In this document: piece after piece, positions 37,359 to 47,637 of the stretch
How the letters are laid out: each line of letters starts with the position of its first letter
Position numbering within the stretch: position 1 is the stretch's first letter
Virus record (IMG/VR): IMGVR_UViG_3300025132_000025
Source: an uncultured virus (IMG/VR IMGVR_UViG_3300025132_000025)
Lineage: Duplodnaviria; Heunggongvirae; Uroviricota; Caudoviricetes
DNA: 64,000 bases
Direction: 5' to 3' (one strand)
Notes under the pieces: generated by a model
Databases searched by the model: none
Told to the model about the DNA's origin: nothing
What the model saw: the letters and a program-made list of their open reading frames with translations, nothing else
Translations under genes and position numbers: made by a program

Positions 37359-38116
37359 TATATAAATTTACATCCATAAAAGAAATAATAGAAGGCGTTT
37401 ATAGAGATACTGCTATCCATGAAGAGTTAGACATTTGGGACGTGATTGAATGGGGAGGAGAAGCTTTAGAACTAATAGGAGCAGGATTACAATATGAAGA
37501 ACTTGTAGCTGAGGTTTGTGTTAAAGAGCACAGATCACAGTTACCATGCAATCTTCATTTATTAGATTCTGTTTCTTATAACGGAAGTCCTCTTAAACAA
37601 TGTACAGGAACTTTCGGAGCTATCTCTACTGATCCTGGTCCAGCAGCAACTAACCAAAACTTTATTGATGGCAAGTTAGTTGATACTGAGAACTTCCCGT
37701 TAAAGGGAGCTAGCCAGAATAGAGGAGGAGATTGTTATTATGTAAACGATAATTTTATTGTTACTTCTTTTGATAGCGGATGTCTACTACTTGCTTTCCG
37801 AGGAATTAAAATAGATGATGAAGGTTTCCCTATGGTACCTGATCATGTAAGTTATAAAAAAGCTATGAAGTCTTATATAACAATGATGATAGATCGTATA
37901 GGATGGAGAAAAGGATCTGTTCCAGAAAATCTTTATAGAGATAGTCAAAGAGATTGGGAGTGGTATGTTAAACAAGCAAGGGGTGCGGCTAATATGCCTA
38001 ACTTAGATATGGTAGATAATATTAGATTGCAGTGGATGAAATTAAAACCATCTCAAACAGCTCATGGAACTTTTTATACAGACTTAGGAAATCAAGAACG
38101 TAGATTAATCGGCTAA
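37355..38116 (+). CDS. Tail tubular protein (P22 gp4-like)
   Basis: YKFTSIKEII...IEWGGEALELIG...DDEGFPMVPD..SYKKA...WEWYVKQA; synteny. Confidence 0.8.
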   Translation: MIYKFTSIKEIIEGVYRDTAIHEELDIWDVIEWGGEALELIGAGLQYEELVAEVCVKEHRSQLPCNLHLLDSVSYNGSPLKQCTGTFGAISTDPGPAATNQNFIDGKLVDTENFPLKGASQNRGGDCYYVNDNFIVTSFDSGCLLLAFRGIKIDDEGFPMVPDHVSYKKAMKSYITMMIDRIGWRKGSVPENLYRDSQRDWEWYVKQARGAANMPNLDMVDNIRLQWMKLKPSQTAHGTFYTDLGNQERRLIG

Positions 38117-41100
38117 TGGCAGAAGAAAAGAAAAAAGGACAAGGTATACCTGTTAGCTTGAATACTTTTTACAAAGGTATGAATCAAGATATATCTAAGT
38201 ATGCTATGAAGTCTGATCAATATTACAATGCTAACAACATTAGAATTGTAGCTAACTCAGGTAAAGAAGGAGCTGCTGCAGTTAATATTGAAGGTAATGA
38301 TCATTTGTTAGATATTCCATCTTCTCCAGCAGTGTGGGAAGTAAAGCAAGATCCTGATGTAGATGTATCAGGTACGGCTTGGACACTGGGTATTACTTTC
38401 TCTGCAGGTTCTTGGGGAATATTCGATATTACTGTAAGTGGTACAGGAGGAAATCCTATTCGAGAACTTGTTAGAACAATAACTGATATTAGTGCAGGAG
38501 CTTGGAATTTAAATGGAGCAGCATTAACTGCACCTCCTTCTACTATAGCAGATGGTCTGCCTGGATTCTATTATATATTTGATGATTCTTCTAACAGATT
38601 AATTCTATGGGGTAAACCTTTAGAGGCTGACTTTAGATTATTTCCTCAATCAACTTTAACTTTAATAGGAAACCAAGTCCAACAAGTTACAAATCCTGTA
38701 TTAACTATGACGCTTGGAGGAATCCCAGCAAATTTTATAACGACTAGTAATCTGGCGGTAGCTCAGGGATCTTTATCTATTATAGGTTATGCAAATCTAA
38801 GAGAACGTATTTATTTATTTACTACTAATCTTGAAGCAGAACCTGGAGGTGCTGGACAAATTTGGGAACTCTATATAGATCCTGCAATAAATTCTGCAGT
38901 AGGTTATAGAGCATACATGGAATGTATCTATGCAAGAAACGAATGTATGAATTTCACAAAGGCTCATCCTATTGAGGCTTTGGGAAGATATGAAAAACGA
39001 GATATTCAAACTATTTATTGGACCGACTTCTATAATCCTCCAAGGAAATTAAATATAGCTAGTGGTCTTGCTATGTCTACACCATGTGCGTTTTTAGACT
39101 TAGCACCTAAAACTGGATTCTCTCAGCCTATCTTAGAAAGGATTCAATTAGGAGGAGTCCTAAATGCTGGATTATACCAATTAGCATATAGATATAAAAG
39201 TAGTGAGGGTATTACTACTGAATGGTCTCCTCTATCTAACTTAGTTCCTATATATGATTCAACAGATGATATTCCATACTGTGAAATTCAGGGAACAGAA
39301 TTAGATATGAATACAGCTCCATTAGTTGGAAAAGAAACTATTAAACGAATAGATTGGACAATCTCTGAACTAGATACATCATTTGAATTAATTGAAGTAG
39401 CAGCAGTCTATAAAAAAGATGATATTCCTGCTAATGATCAGATATATATTTTTGGAGAATATGTTAATGGATCTAGTACTTTAACTGTTACTCATACTGG
39501 AAATGAGACTAAAATCCCTGTTACACTTTTAGATTTCGTTACAGGATTAGGAGCCACGTTTGAAAAAGTAAAAACAATAGATTCAAAAGATAATAAATTA
39601 TTTTTTGGTAATATTGAAAACTCTACTTTTATTGTAGATTTTGATGCAAGGGCTTATAGATATAACGCGGGACAGGTAGCAAGATTAGATTCTCAATCTG
39701 AAGCGTCTATTAATGTAGCTACTACAGGTGCGCCTGGAACAATTTTTCCTGCCCTGGTTCCAGAACTACATGATTGTATTAATGCATTTAATGATGAAAA
39801 CCCAGACTCAAATCCAGACTGGTTCACAACAGACCAGTTTCAGTTTCAATCTGATGGACTAACTTTAGGAGGAACAGGAGTTAATGTTTCATATAAATTT
39901 ATTACTGAACAAGATGTAGGAGATTCTCAGCGAGATCATCCTAGCTTATTTTATATGACTTATTATACAGATGTATATTGCGGTACATATAATACAGAAC
40001 CAAGAAGAGCATGCTTTGTAGACCCCGCATCTTTTAATGGTGGAATACTAATTCTTCCTGCTTTCTTAGCAGGAACAGAAAATTTAGGTATACCTGTTCA
40101 GAGTTATGAAATGAATAATACTTATAACAGTATGAAGTCTCCTTATAAATGGAGTTTATATGGTAGTTATGCAAGAGGAGAAGTTTATAGGTTTGGTATT
40201 GTATTTTATAATAATAAAGGACAAGCTAGTTTTGTTAACTGGATAGGAGATATAAAAATACCTTTTAGTTATTCTGCAGGAGCCGGAACACCTCTTGGAA
40301 CATTTGCAGTGTCTAGTTGGGTACCAGACTTTAATAGTCCTACTTATTGGGCACCAGACGACGCTCAAGGAAATCCTCATACCATTAGTCCTTATGGCCA
40401 AGTACGTATGAATCAAATAGGTATAGAATTCTCAGTAGATATGACTAGTATAGATCCTGTAATATTAAACGGTCTTACTGGTTATTCTATAGTTAGAGTA
40501 GATAGAAAAGATGGAGATAAATCTAGATTCGGAACAGCTGCTGTACATACAGTAGATAGATTAGATATGAGAGGAAGTAAGTGGGATTCTCTTTCTCCTA
40601 TGCCTGGTTATAACTGGATAGTAGATAATAAACAAAGTGTATTAATACCTTCTACAGGATATGTACACTTCCCTTGTGGAGGATGGGGTATTATGTATGC
40701 TGATGGTCCTGCGGGAGCTGGAGATGAATGTGATAATCCTGTATGGAATGATGATCAGTGGACTGTAATATTTGATAATGATAATCCTTATTGGGTATGT
40801 CAGACAAGAAAAACAGAGTTATTATTATATGGTGCATTAGGTTGGAAGAATAGTGATATATCTGAAGAAGGTAATTTAGATGAAGGTTTAGAAGTAACTT
40901 TCCCTATAAAGAAAGGAGATTATCTTAAAAATGATCAAGTTTATTATCCACACTATAACGCCGATATGGGGTTAAATAATTATAGTATTCCTACAAGCGG
41001 TAGTATTGCAGGTTATATTCAAAAAAGATCTAATCATTGGAATAAATATTATATGGGGAGAACCTCTATTGGAGGTGATGCTGGGTCTACTCAATCTACA

Positions 41101-43680
41101 CAAATAGACTATACTAACGGAGTAATATCAAATCTTAATGGACAAGACCCTGCAAATAACAGATACCCACTAGAATGGGGAACATGGGTGCCTGATGGAG
41201 GATTTGTAGATAATATATCTGTACCAAGCTTGCAGTGGTCATTTATGAATGTGACTAATCCTGCTGCAGCAGCTTTAATGGATGCAATGCCTCCTGCTAC
41301 AGGATCTGCTAATGCTACTACATTAGGATATACCTGGATGTGGAATAGACCAATGTCTATAGGAAGTGAAGTTTTATTTACAAGACTTGAGGAAGATGGT
41401 AAAGAATGGCATGGAGCAGATCATTTAATGGGAGCTTCTACTGCTGGAGCAGAGTTTACTTACACACCAAGTAGATCTACTTTTAGTTATGAAAGATATA
41501 CAATACCATATGGAGGACCTACATATGCAGCAAGAACGTATAATGAATATATGTCTACTGGTCATTTCTTTCCAATTAATAGTTCTACAAATTTAAATAA
41601 TACATTTACTCACGAGGTTTTTGGGGGAGATGTACAATGTCAAGTATTTGATTTTACTCAGTTTGAGAAGAATTGGGGACAAACTGGATTTGATAATTAT
41701 GATAGTATAGTAGCGTCTGGAGGATCTGGAGCACCTAGTGATGCAGATTGGGGAGCACAAAGAAATGTATGTATTCCATTAGAATGTCACTATAAAAATA
41801 TTTTATGGAGACAAGGTTACCACTTTGCATCTAAAGCAACAATATCAGGAGCATTTCCTAACAATGGAGTTAATCTTCATGATGAATATTTAGTAAATGA
41901 AGCATACAATGCTCAGAATAATGTTAGATCATATTTCCCACTTCCTTTGGTTTTTTCTAAAGGAGACGAGTTTGATACAAGAATATACTATTCACAAACA
42001 AAGATTAATGGTGAACCTTCTGATTCATGGGCTGTATTTTTACAGGCAGATTATAAAGATGTTGAAGGTATTTATGGTCCTATAAACAAACTTATATCAC
42101 TTCATGATACAATGTACTATTTCCAGAATACAGGTTTTGGTGCATTATCAGTTAATCCTACAGCTGTAGTACAAGGTGCGGATGGAGTTGCACTTCAGTT
42201 AGGTACAGTAAGTACAGGAGCTGGAGCATTCATTCAATCATATCAATATATATCAACATCATATGGATCAAGTCAGCAATGGGCTGTAACTAAATCAGAT
42301 AATGCTCTTTATTTCTTTGATATAAAAGCAAGAAAACTCTTTAGTTATAGTTCAAAAGGAACTACTCCATTGTCTGATGTAACTGGATTACACTCATTCT
42401 TTACAGACGAACTTCAAGGTGATGTTCTTAGAAATGATAATCCGATACTTAAAAAAGGAGTAACATCAACTTATGATGTAGCTAATAGTGAAGCGTTATT
42501 TACATTCCATGATGCAGGATTTATAAGAAAATATGATCAAGCTATTATGGATAGTTCTTTAGTAGGAGTTGCTCCACTTAGAACTATACAATTAGTTTTA
42601 CGTAATGTACCTGGAAATAAATGTAATCCATGCTTTAACGCAGACTGTGAAGAGTTTGATTTAACAGGTACAGGAAACTTTGATTGGATTGTAGCTACTA
42701 ATATTTTAGTAAATGGTGTTGGTCCTTATATGGGAGTTATGGTAGGAAAAGTAGGATGTCCAGGCTTTCCAACACCAAATCCTAATCCTAACAACTTAAT
42801 GGCAGGAGATATAGTATTAGTTATTCCAGAGCAGTGGAATGATTTTAACCCGGGATGGCAACCAGATAATGTAACATTTGATGATCTATGGAACATGCAG
42901 GATTATCAAGTCGCAAATCTAGAGTGTGGTATAGGAACTAAAAGTACTACTATAGCATACAATGAATTAATTCAAGGGTTTACATCTTTCTATGATTTTA
43001 CTCCAACTATATACGTTTCATCACCAGAATTTCTTGTGACTCCAAATACACAGAATCCTTGTGAACAAGATCCTGATGTTTATGGATGGAAAGAAAATAA
43101 ACTATATATGCATAATGTAGGTGTGTATGGAAACTTTTATGATATTTATTATCCTAGTACTATTACTTTTATTACAAATATGGAGTCAGCAGTTACTAAA
43201 GTATTTGATAATGTATCATTTCATATGGAAAGTTTATGGGAAGCTGGAAGAGCTTCTACAATTTTAGATCAAGGTTTGAGTACTAATCATCCGATAAAAG
43301 GAACTGTAGGATTAAATACTGGAGGTCCTAATATTCAGCCTATAGATATAAAGAATAATACGTTTGATAAGATTAGATTCTATACCGATTATCAAATAAC
43401 AGACTATATAGATTTAACTCCAGGGACTAATATCAAAAAGAAAGAAAGAGAATGGCAAATGGCTGTTCCAAGAAATGTAATGGATGAGACTGTTTTAGAT
43501 GGTGACATATTTAATGTATTTAATTATGATCCATCAAGGCAGCATAAAGATAGACTTAGAGATAAGTATATGTTTATTGATTTAATATATAATAATTATA
43601 ACACAGAAGTAGGGCAACCAAGGAATATTAAGTTTGTTTTACACTATTTTAAAACATTTTTTAGACCTTCTTACCGTTAA
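38116..43680 (+). CDS. Tail stabilization / muzzle protein (P22 gp10-like)
   Basis: NTFYKGMNQD, IYWTDFYNPPRKLN, KDNKLFFGN, YARGEVYRFGIVF, GGD, RIYYSQTKINGE..DSW, YGPINKL, KVFDN, RLRDKY. Confidence 0.85.
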   Translation: MAEEKKKGQGIPVSLNTFYKGMNQDISKYAMKSDQYYNANNIRIVANSGKEGAAAVNIEGNDHLLDIPSSPAVWEVKQDPDVDVSGTAWTLGITFSAGSWGIFDITVSGTGGNPIRELVRTITDISAGAWNLNGAALTAPPSTIADGLPGFYYIFDDSSNRLILWGKPLEADFRLFPQSTLTLIGNQVQQVTNPVLTMTLGGIPANFITTSNLAVAQGSLSIIGYANLRERIYLFTTNLEAEPGGAGQIWELYIDPAINSAVGYRAYMECIYARNECMNFTKAHPIEALGRYEKRDIQTIYWTDFYNPPRKLNIASGLAMSTPCAFLDLAPKTGFSQPILERIQLGGVLNAGLYQLAYRYKSSEGITTEWSPLSNLVPIYDSTDDIPYCEIQGTELDMNTAPLVGKETIKRIDWTISELDTSFELIEVAAVYKKDDIPANDQIYIFGEYVNGSSTLTVTHTGNETKIPVTLLDFVTGLGATFEKVKTIDSKDNKLFFGNIENSTFIVDFDARAYRYNAGQVARLDSQSEASINVATTGAPGTIFPALVPELHDCINAFNDENPDSNPDWFTTDQFQFQSDGLTLGGTGVNVSYKFITEQDVGDSQRDHPSLFYMTYYTDVYCGTYNTEPRRACFVDPASFNGGILILPAFLAGTENLGIPVQSYEMNNTYNSMKSPYKWSLYGSYARGEVYRFGIVFYNNKGQASFVNWIGDIKIPFSYSAGAGTPLGTFAVSSWVPDFNSPTYWAPDDAQGNPHTISPYGQVRMNQIGIEFSVDMTSIDPVILNGLTGYSIVRVDRKDGDKSRFGTAAVHTVDRLDMRGSKWDSLSPMPGYNWIVDNKQSVLIPSTGYVHFPCGGWGIMYADGPAGAGDECDNPVWNDDQWTVIFDNDNPYWVCQTRKTELLLYGALGWKNSDISEEGNLDEGLEVTFPIKKGDYLKNDQVYYPHYNADMGLNNYSIPTSGSIAGYIQKRSNHWNKYYMGRTSIGGDAGSTQSTQIDYTNGVISNLNGQDPANNRYPLEWGTWVPDGGFVDNISVPSLQWSFMNVTNPAAAALMDAMPPATGSANATTLGYTWMWNRPMSIGSEVLFTRLEEDGKEWHGADHLMGASTAGAEFTYTPSRSTFSYERYTIPYGGPTYAARTYNEYMSTGHFFPINSSTNLNNTFTHEVFGGDVQCQVFDFTQFEKNWGQTGFDNYDSIVASGGSGAPSDADWGAQRNVCIPLECHYKNILWRQGYHFASKATISGAFPNNGVNLHDEYLVNEAYNAQNNVRSYFPLPLVFSKGDEFDTRIYYSQTKINGEPSDSWAVFLQADYKDVEGIYGPINKLISLHDTMYYFQNTGFGALSVNPTAVVQGADGVALQLGTVSTGAGAFIQSYQYISTSYGSSQQWAVTKSDNALYFFDIKARKLFSYSSKGTTPLSDVTGLHSFFTDELQGDVLRNDNPILKKGVTSTYDVANSEALFTFHDAGFIRKYDQAIMDSSLVGVAPLRTIQLVLRNVPGNKCNPCFNADCEEFDLTGTGNFDWIVATNILVNGVGPYMGVMVGKVGCPGFPTPNPNPNNLMAGDIVLVIPEQWNDFNPGWQPDNVTFDDLWNMQDYQVANLECGIGTKSTTIAYNELIQGFTSFYDFTPTIYVSSPEFLVTPNTQNPCEQDPDVYGWKENKLYMHNVGVYGNFYDIYYPSTITFITNMESAVTKVFDNVSFHMESLWEAGRASTILDQGLSTNHPIKGTVGLNTGGPNIQPIDIKNNTFDKIRFYTDYQITDYIDLTPGTNIKKKEREWQMAVPRNVMDETVLDGDIFNVFNYDPSRQHKDRLRDKYMFIDLIYNNYNTEVGQPRNIKFVLHYFKTFFRPSYR

Positions 43681-43681
43681 G

Positions 43682-43713
43682 TTTGGTTATTAAGAAAAAT
43701 TTTAATATTTTTG
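43682..43713 (+). promoter_or_regulatory. Complete Bacteroidota promoter: TTTG (-33) N20 TATTTTTG (-7), before the cargo/RNAP operon
   Basis: TTTG at 43682-43685 and TATTTTTG at 43706-43713, 20-nt spacer. Confidence 0.75.
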
Positions 43714-43735
43714 TGGATTTTAGAACATATCGCTA

Positions 43736-46700
43736 ATGGCAAACAAGAAGAAGAAAACCAAGAAAAGTAACTCATACTGGATGAAGTATGGGGGTGACCC
43801 TCGTAAAATGCATAAGGGAGGATTTGCTCATCCAGAACCACATCCTAAAAACGCTACTGATGCTGAGTTAAGAGGAGCACAGATTTGGTCAACAGCTTAT
43901 ACTGAAGATAATGAAGGTAATAAAAAGAATCTTGAAAAAAGAAATACTTATAACTGGGGTGACGATAAGCAATCTGATGTAAATGCTTTTACAAATAGTC
44001 AGTGGTTTAACTTTTTTCCAGATACTCTTAAGAGCGCTCCACAAACTATTCAGGATTTACAAGAATATGAAGATGCCATAGGCGCTAATAGAACTAGAAC
44101 TATTCAACTTAATGATACTGACTTTAGTTGGGATGATGCAATACTATATGGAGGAGCTCCATTAGCCGGTTGGTTAGGTGCGTCTCAAATTCCACAGTCT
44201 GTACCAACACCATGGACACAAGGACTTGGGTTATTGATGAAAGGATTAGGGGTCGGAATTGCTGGCGGTAAGATGTATTATGATATGTCAGTAAAGCGTG
44301 GAGAAAATGAGCGATTAAAACTAGAGAATCCTTATGCTACATTTGTTGATAGTGATGGTAGAATATTAAATTATGAAGATGGGGATGGTTTATTCTTTAA
44401 TGTTTTCCACCCTAATAATAAAAGCTGGCCAGTAACTAATAGAGGTATTAGAGATACTCCTGTACCGCTAGAAGACGTTACAACACCTGATAAGCAAATT
44501 ACTTTTGCTATGGGAGGAAATCCATATAGAAAAAGATACGAAGGAGGAGGAAATCCTTATCATGTATCGTCACAAAAAAACATTACTGAAGATCCTACAT
44601 TTAAGATGTGGTTTGCAAAGAATGCAACAAGATCTGATGTAATGCAAAGCAATAGCGATCCGCAAGCTTTGAAACAGTTATTTTTAAATGATATAAACTT
44701 CGCTGGTAATGAGATGCCATTATTCTCTGGTGAGATAGATGGTTATGGGAATGTAGATAAATCAAACAGAAGTGCTGAATTAAGTTCTAAAATTATAGGA
44801 GGTATGAAAAAGTTTGGAGGGCACGGACATTCTTATAAAACTTCAAGAATACCTAAAGCAGAGCTTGGTATGGGAACTGGTTTATATGAGAGTCCTTCTG
44901 AAAACTTTTCTGATTATAGTAATGTTAATCAACTTGGTTTAGATGGCCGTAACGCAAATGCAAATCAATTAATAGGATCAGCGGGAGAAGATGGCACTTT
45001 TTCTAACTATGTTTTAAAAGCCTTTAACTACGTTATTCCTGGTTTAGGAACAGGATTAGATATTGTAGCTGATATATTTGGTCATGCAGGAAATGTTCAG
45101 CAACATGAAGATATGGTCTCAGATGCTCATGAAGCTGAGGCAAATTTAAGATTGCTAAATAATCCAGAAGCTAATAAAGAAACACTTGATTTAAGTACAC
45201 GAAAATCGGGCTTAACTGCTATCGCAAGTTATAATAAATCTGGTATTGAAAGACCTACATATGATTGGGGAGAGCTTGCTAGCAATGTACTAGATATAGC
45301 CGGAAACTATGTAGGAGGAACGCCAAAGGTTGGAGACGCAACTGATAGTCCTATAGATTTTAACAATATAGGAGCTGATGACTTATTAAATACTGGTGAT
45401 GATTTACTTGTAAGGTATGGAGGTAACCCTAAGAAGATGAATCATGGAGGAGTTCCTCATGATGAAGGGGCAAACGCTTTTCAACCTGGTACTGGAATAG
45501 ATATAATAGGACATCAATTTAATCCTCTAGGACAAAGTGCAATGTTTGAGTCTCAAGGAACTGCAGGAAACTCATTTAATACTGGAGGAGACCCTAATGC
45601 AGAAATATATGAAGCAGAAGGAGGAGAAGCAATTATACATCCACCAGGAGCTATTCCTCCAACATCAGATGGTGATACAACTCAAGTAGATGGTAATCCA
45701 AATGAAGCTATGGTTTCTATGTTAAACGGACCTTCACATGAGAAGGGAGGAATAAATGTTCAGTCTGAAGATGGTCAATATGTATTTTCTAAGAGTTTAA
45801 ACTCTAAAACTTGGGGCATGAGTTATGCTGATGCAGCTGAAAAGATTGGTAAAAATATTGCTAAATTTAAAACAGAGATGGAAGAAGGTGATGAGATAAC
45901 AAAATCTACTGCAGCTTCTATGATCGAAGCTTGGACCCAGAAGTTAAATGATCTACAATCAGAGCAGGAAACCACTAGACAAACTAAGTTTATGGAGTTA
46001 TTAAATTCCGGAGCTGCTCCAGAAGAGTTACAAGAAAAGTACCCTGATATATTCCAACAATACATGCAACAACAACAGCAAGAACAGTTATCTGAAGTGG
46101 CAATGCAATCTATAGCAGGCCCTCAAGGAGGCATGCAGGATAATCCAATGGGTAATATTGATATGAGTCAGTTAAGTACACAAGATCAACAACTAGTAAC
46201 TGCTAAATATGGAGGTACTCCTAAAGCTGAAAATGGATTTGATCCTTATGATTTTAACAGATATTTTGGTGAGATATTTGATAATAATGACTTTGAATCA
46301 TTTGATTTGAATAAAAAGTATCAACCTAATAGAGGGGATGTAATGGATTGGCTTACAGCTAATTATCCAGACGGTGGTTTTGAAATAGGAGACGAAACAT
46401 TTATGAATAATAAAGATGCTTATAAAGCATTGATGTCAGGATTTGGTGATTGGAGATCTGGAGAGTTATCAGATCTAAATGTTCCAGGATCTAAACCTAA
46501 TAAATATAATGAGCCTTATATGGTAGAAACAACCACAAAGAATCCTTGGTATGTTGAGGGGGGAACTGAAGATGAGTTTATTACAGGAATGGATTGGGCT
46601 GACGGAGGAAAGGAACTATTCCAACAGGATAAAAACTTATGGAATTATTATAATATGGGCCTAGGAGTAGATTGGGATGAGAACTTTGGTATGGATGCTA

Positions 46701-47635
46701 ATCTGTCTAAGAAGCAATACTTCAAGGCTTTAGAAGCACGTTTATTATCTGAAGGTAAAGATGTTCAAGATATTAAATCTATTATAGAAAGAGAAAAAAT
46801 AGCTTATGATGAGAATCTAGTTAATCTCGAAAATATAGAAAATAATAAACCTTTAACTGACAAGGAGAAAGCGGATGCTTTAGCTAAACAGTTAAGGAAC
46901 CAAGAACTTATGAAAAAGTTTGGTAACTTTGCAAATAATGCATTAACAGATTTAAAGACATTAGCTCCATCAATTTATAACATGAAGAAATCAAAAGAGG
47001 GAGCAGAGATTGAGCCATTTGTATCTAACACAAATGAACTTAGAATAGATCGAAATCTTGATAGACTTACTAATTCTTTTGATATTCAAAGTATGCTAGA
47101 TGAGAATGAAATGAACTTTAATAACTTAAAGTATTTAATGAGAGATGTGTCTGATGGAAACAGTGGTAATGCTATGAATGCATTACTAAGAGGACAGTTA
47201 AGCCAGAACGAAGCAGATCGTAAAGCTTTCTTAACTGAAGCGCAATTAGAAACACAAGGATTACAAATCCAGAATGAATCATTATTTAACTTAGGAGAAA
47301 GAAATAGACAAGAGCAAGTCAGAGTTAATGAGGCTAATGCTATGAATAGAGCAGCACAAGAAGCGTTTGAAGCAAAAGGATGGGAAGGACTTTCTGGTTA
47401 CTCTCAATTAAAAGATCAAATGGCTAATCAAATGTCTAACGACAAGCAATTAGCTCAAATGCTTAATATGATTTATCCTGATGCTCATTTATATATGAAT
47501 AGAAATGGTACTATGGATATTAATAAGTTAATGCAGAGTGGAGATTTAGATAAACTTATGGAACAATATCCACAATTAAAGGAGTATATAGGAAATTATT
47601 TTAAGAATAATACAGATAACGAAAACGAAGAATAA
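43736..47635 (+). CDS. Virion cargo/ejection protein 1
   Basis: 1299 aa after the muzzle gene; EAEGGE...NGPSHEKGGI...YVFS motif; repeated xxGG motifs; hydrophobic Gly-rich segments; C-terminal coils. Confidence 0.65.
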   Translation: MANKKKKTKKSNSYWMKYGGDPRKMHKGGFAHPEPHPKNATDAELRGAQIWSTAYTEDNEGNKKNLEKRNTYNWGDDKQSDVNAFTNSQWFNFFPDTLKSAPQTIQDLQEYEDAIGANRTRTIQLNDTDFSWDDAILYGGAPLAGWLGASQIPQSVPTPWTQGLGLLMKGLGVGIAGGKMYYDMSVKRGENERLKLENPYATFVDSDGRILNYEDGDGLFFNVFHPNNKSWPVTNRGIRDTPVPLEDVTTPDKQITFAMGGNPYRKRYEGGGNPYHVSSQKNITEDPTFKMWFAKNATRSDVMQSNSDPQALKQLFLNDINFAGNEMPLFSGEIDGYGNVDKSNRSAELSSKIIGGMKKFGGHGHSYKTSRIPKAELGMGTGLYESPSENFSDYSNVNQLGLDGRNANANQLIGSAGEDGTFSNYVLKAFNYVIPGLGTGLDIVADIFGHAGNVQQHEDMVSDAHEAEANLRLLNNPEANKETLDLSTRKSGLTAIASYNKSGIERPTYDWGELASNVLDIAGNYVGGTPKVGDATDSPIDFNNIGADDLLNTGDDLLVRYGGNPKKMNHGGVPHDEGANAFQPGTGIDIIGHQFNPLGQSAMFESQGTAGNSFNTGGDPNAEIYEAEGGEAIIHPPGAIPPTSDGDTTQVDGNPNEAMVSMLNGPSHEKGGINVQSEDGQYVFSKSLNSKTWGMSYADAAEKIGKNIAKFKTEMEEGDEITKSTAASMIEAWTQKLNDLQSEQETTRQTKFMELLNSGAAPEELQEKYPDIFQQYMQQQQQEQLSEVAMQSIAGPQGGMQDNPMGNIDMSQLSTQDQQLVTAKYGGTPKAENGFDPYDFNRYFGEIFDNNDFESFDLNKKYQPNRGDVMDWLTANYPDGGFEIGDETFMNNKDAYKALMSGFGDWRSGELSDLNVPGSKPNKYNEPYMVETTTKNPWYVEGGTEDEFITGMDWADGGKELFQQDKNLWNYYNMGLGVDWDENFGMDANLSKKQYFKALEARLLSEGKDVQDIKSIIEREKIAYDENLVNLENIENNKPLTDKEKADALAKQLRNQELMKKFGNFANNALTDLKTLAPSIYNMKKSKEGAEIEPFVSNTNELRIDRNLDRLTNSFDIQSMLDENEMNFNNLKYLMRDVSDGNSGNAMNALLRGQLSQNEADRKAFLTEAQLETQGLQIQNESLFNLGERNRQEQVRVNEANAMNRAAQEAFEAKGWEGLSGYSQLKDQMANQMSNDKQLAQMLNMIYPDAHLYMNRNGTMDINKLMQSGDLDKLMEQYPQLKEYIGNYFKNNTDNENEE

Positions 47636-47637
47636 AA

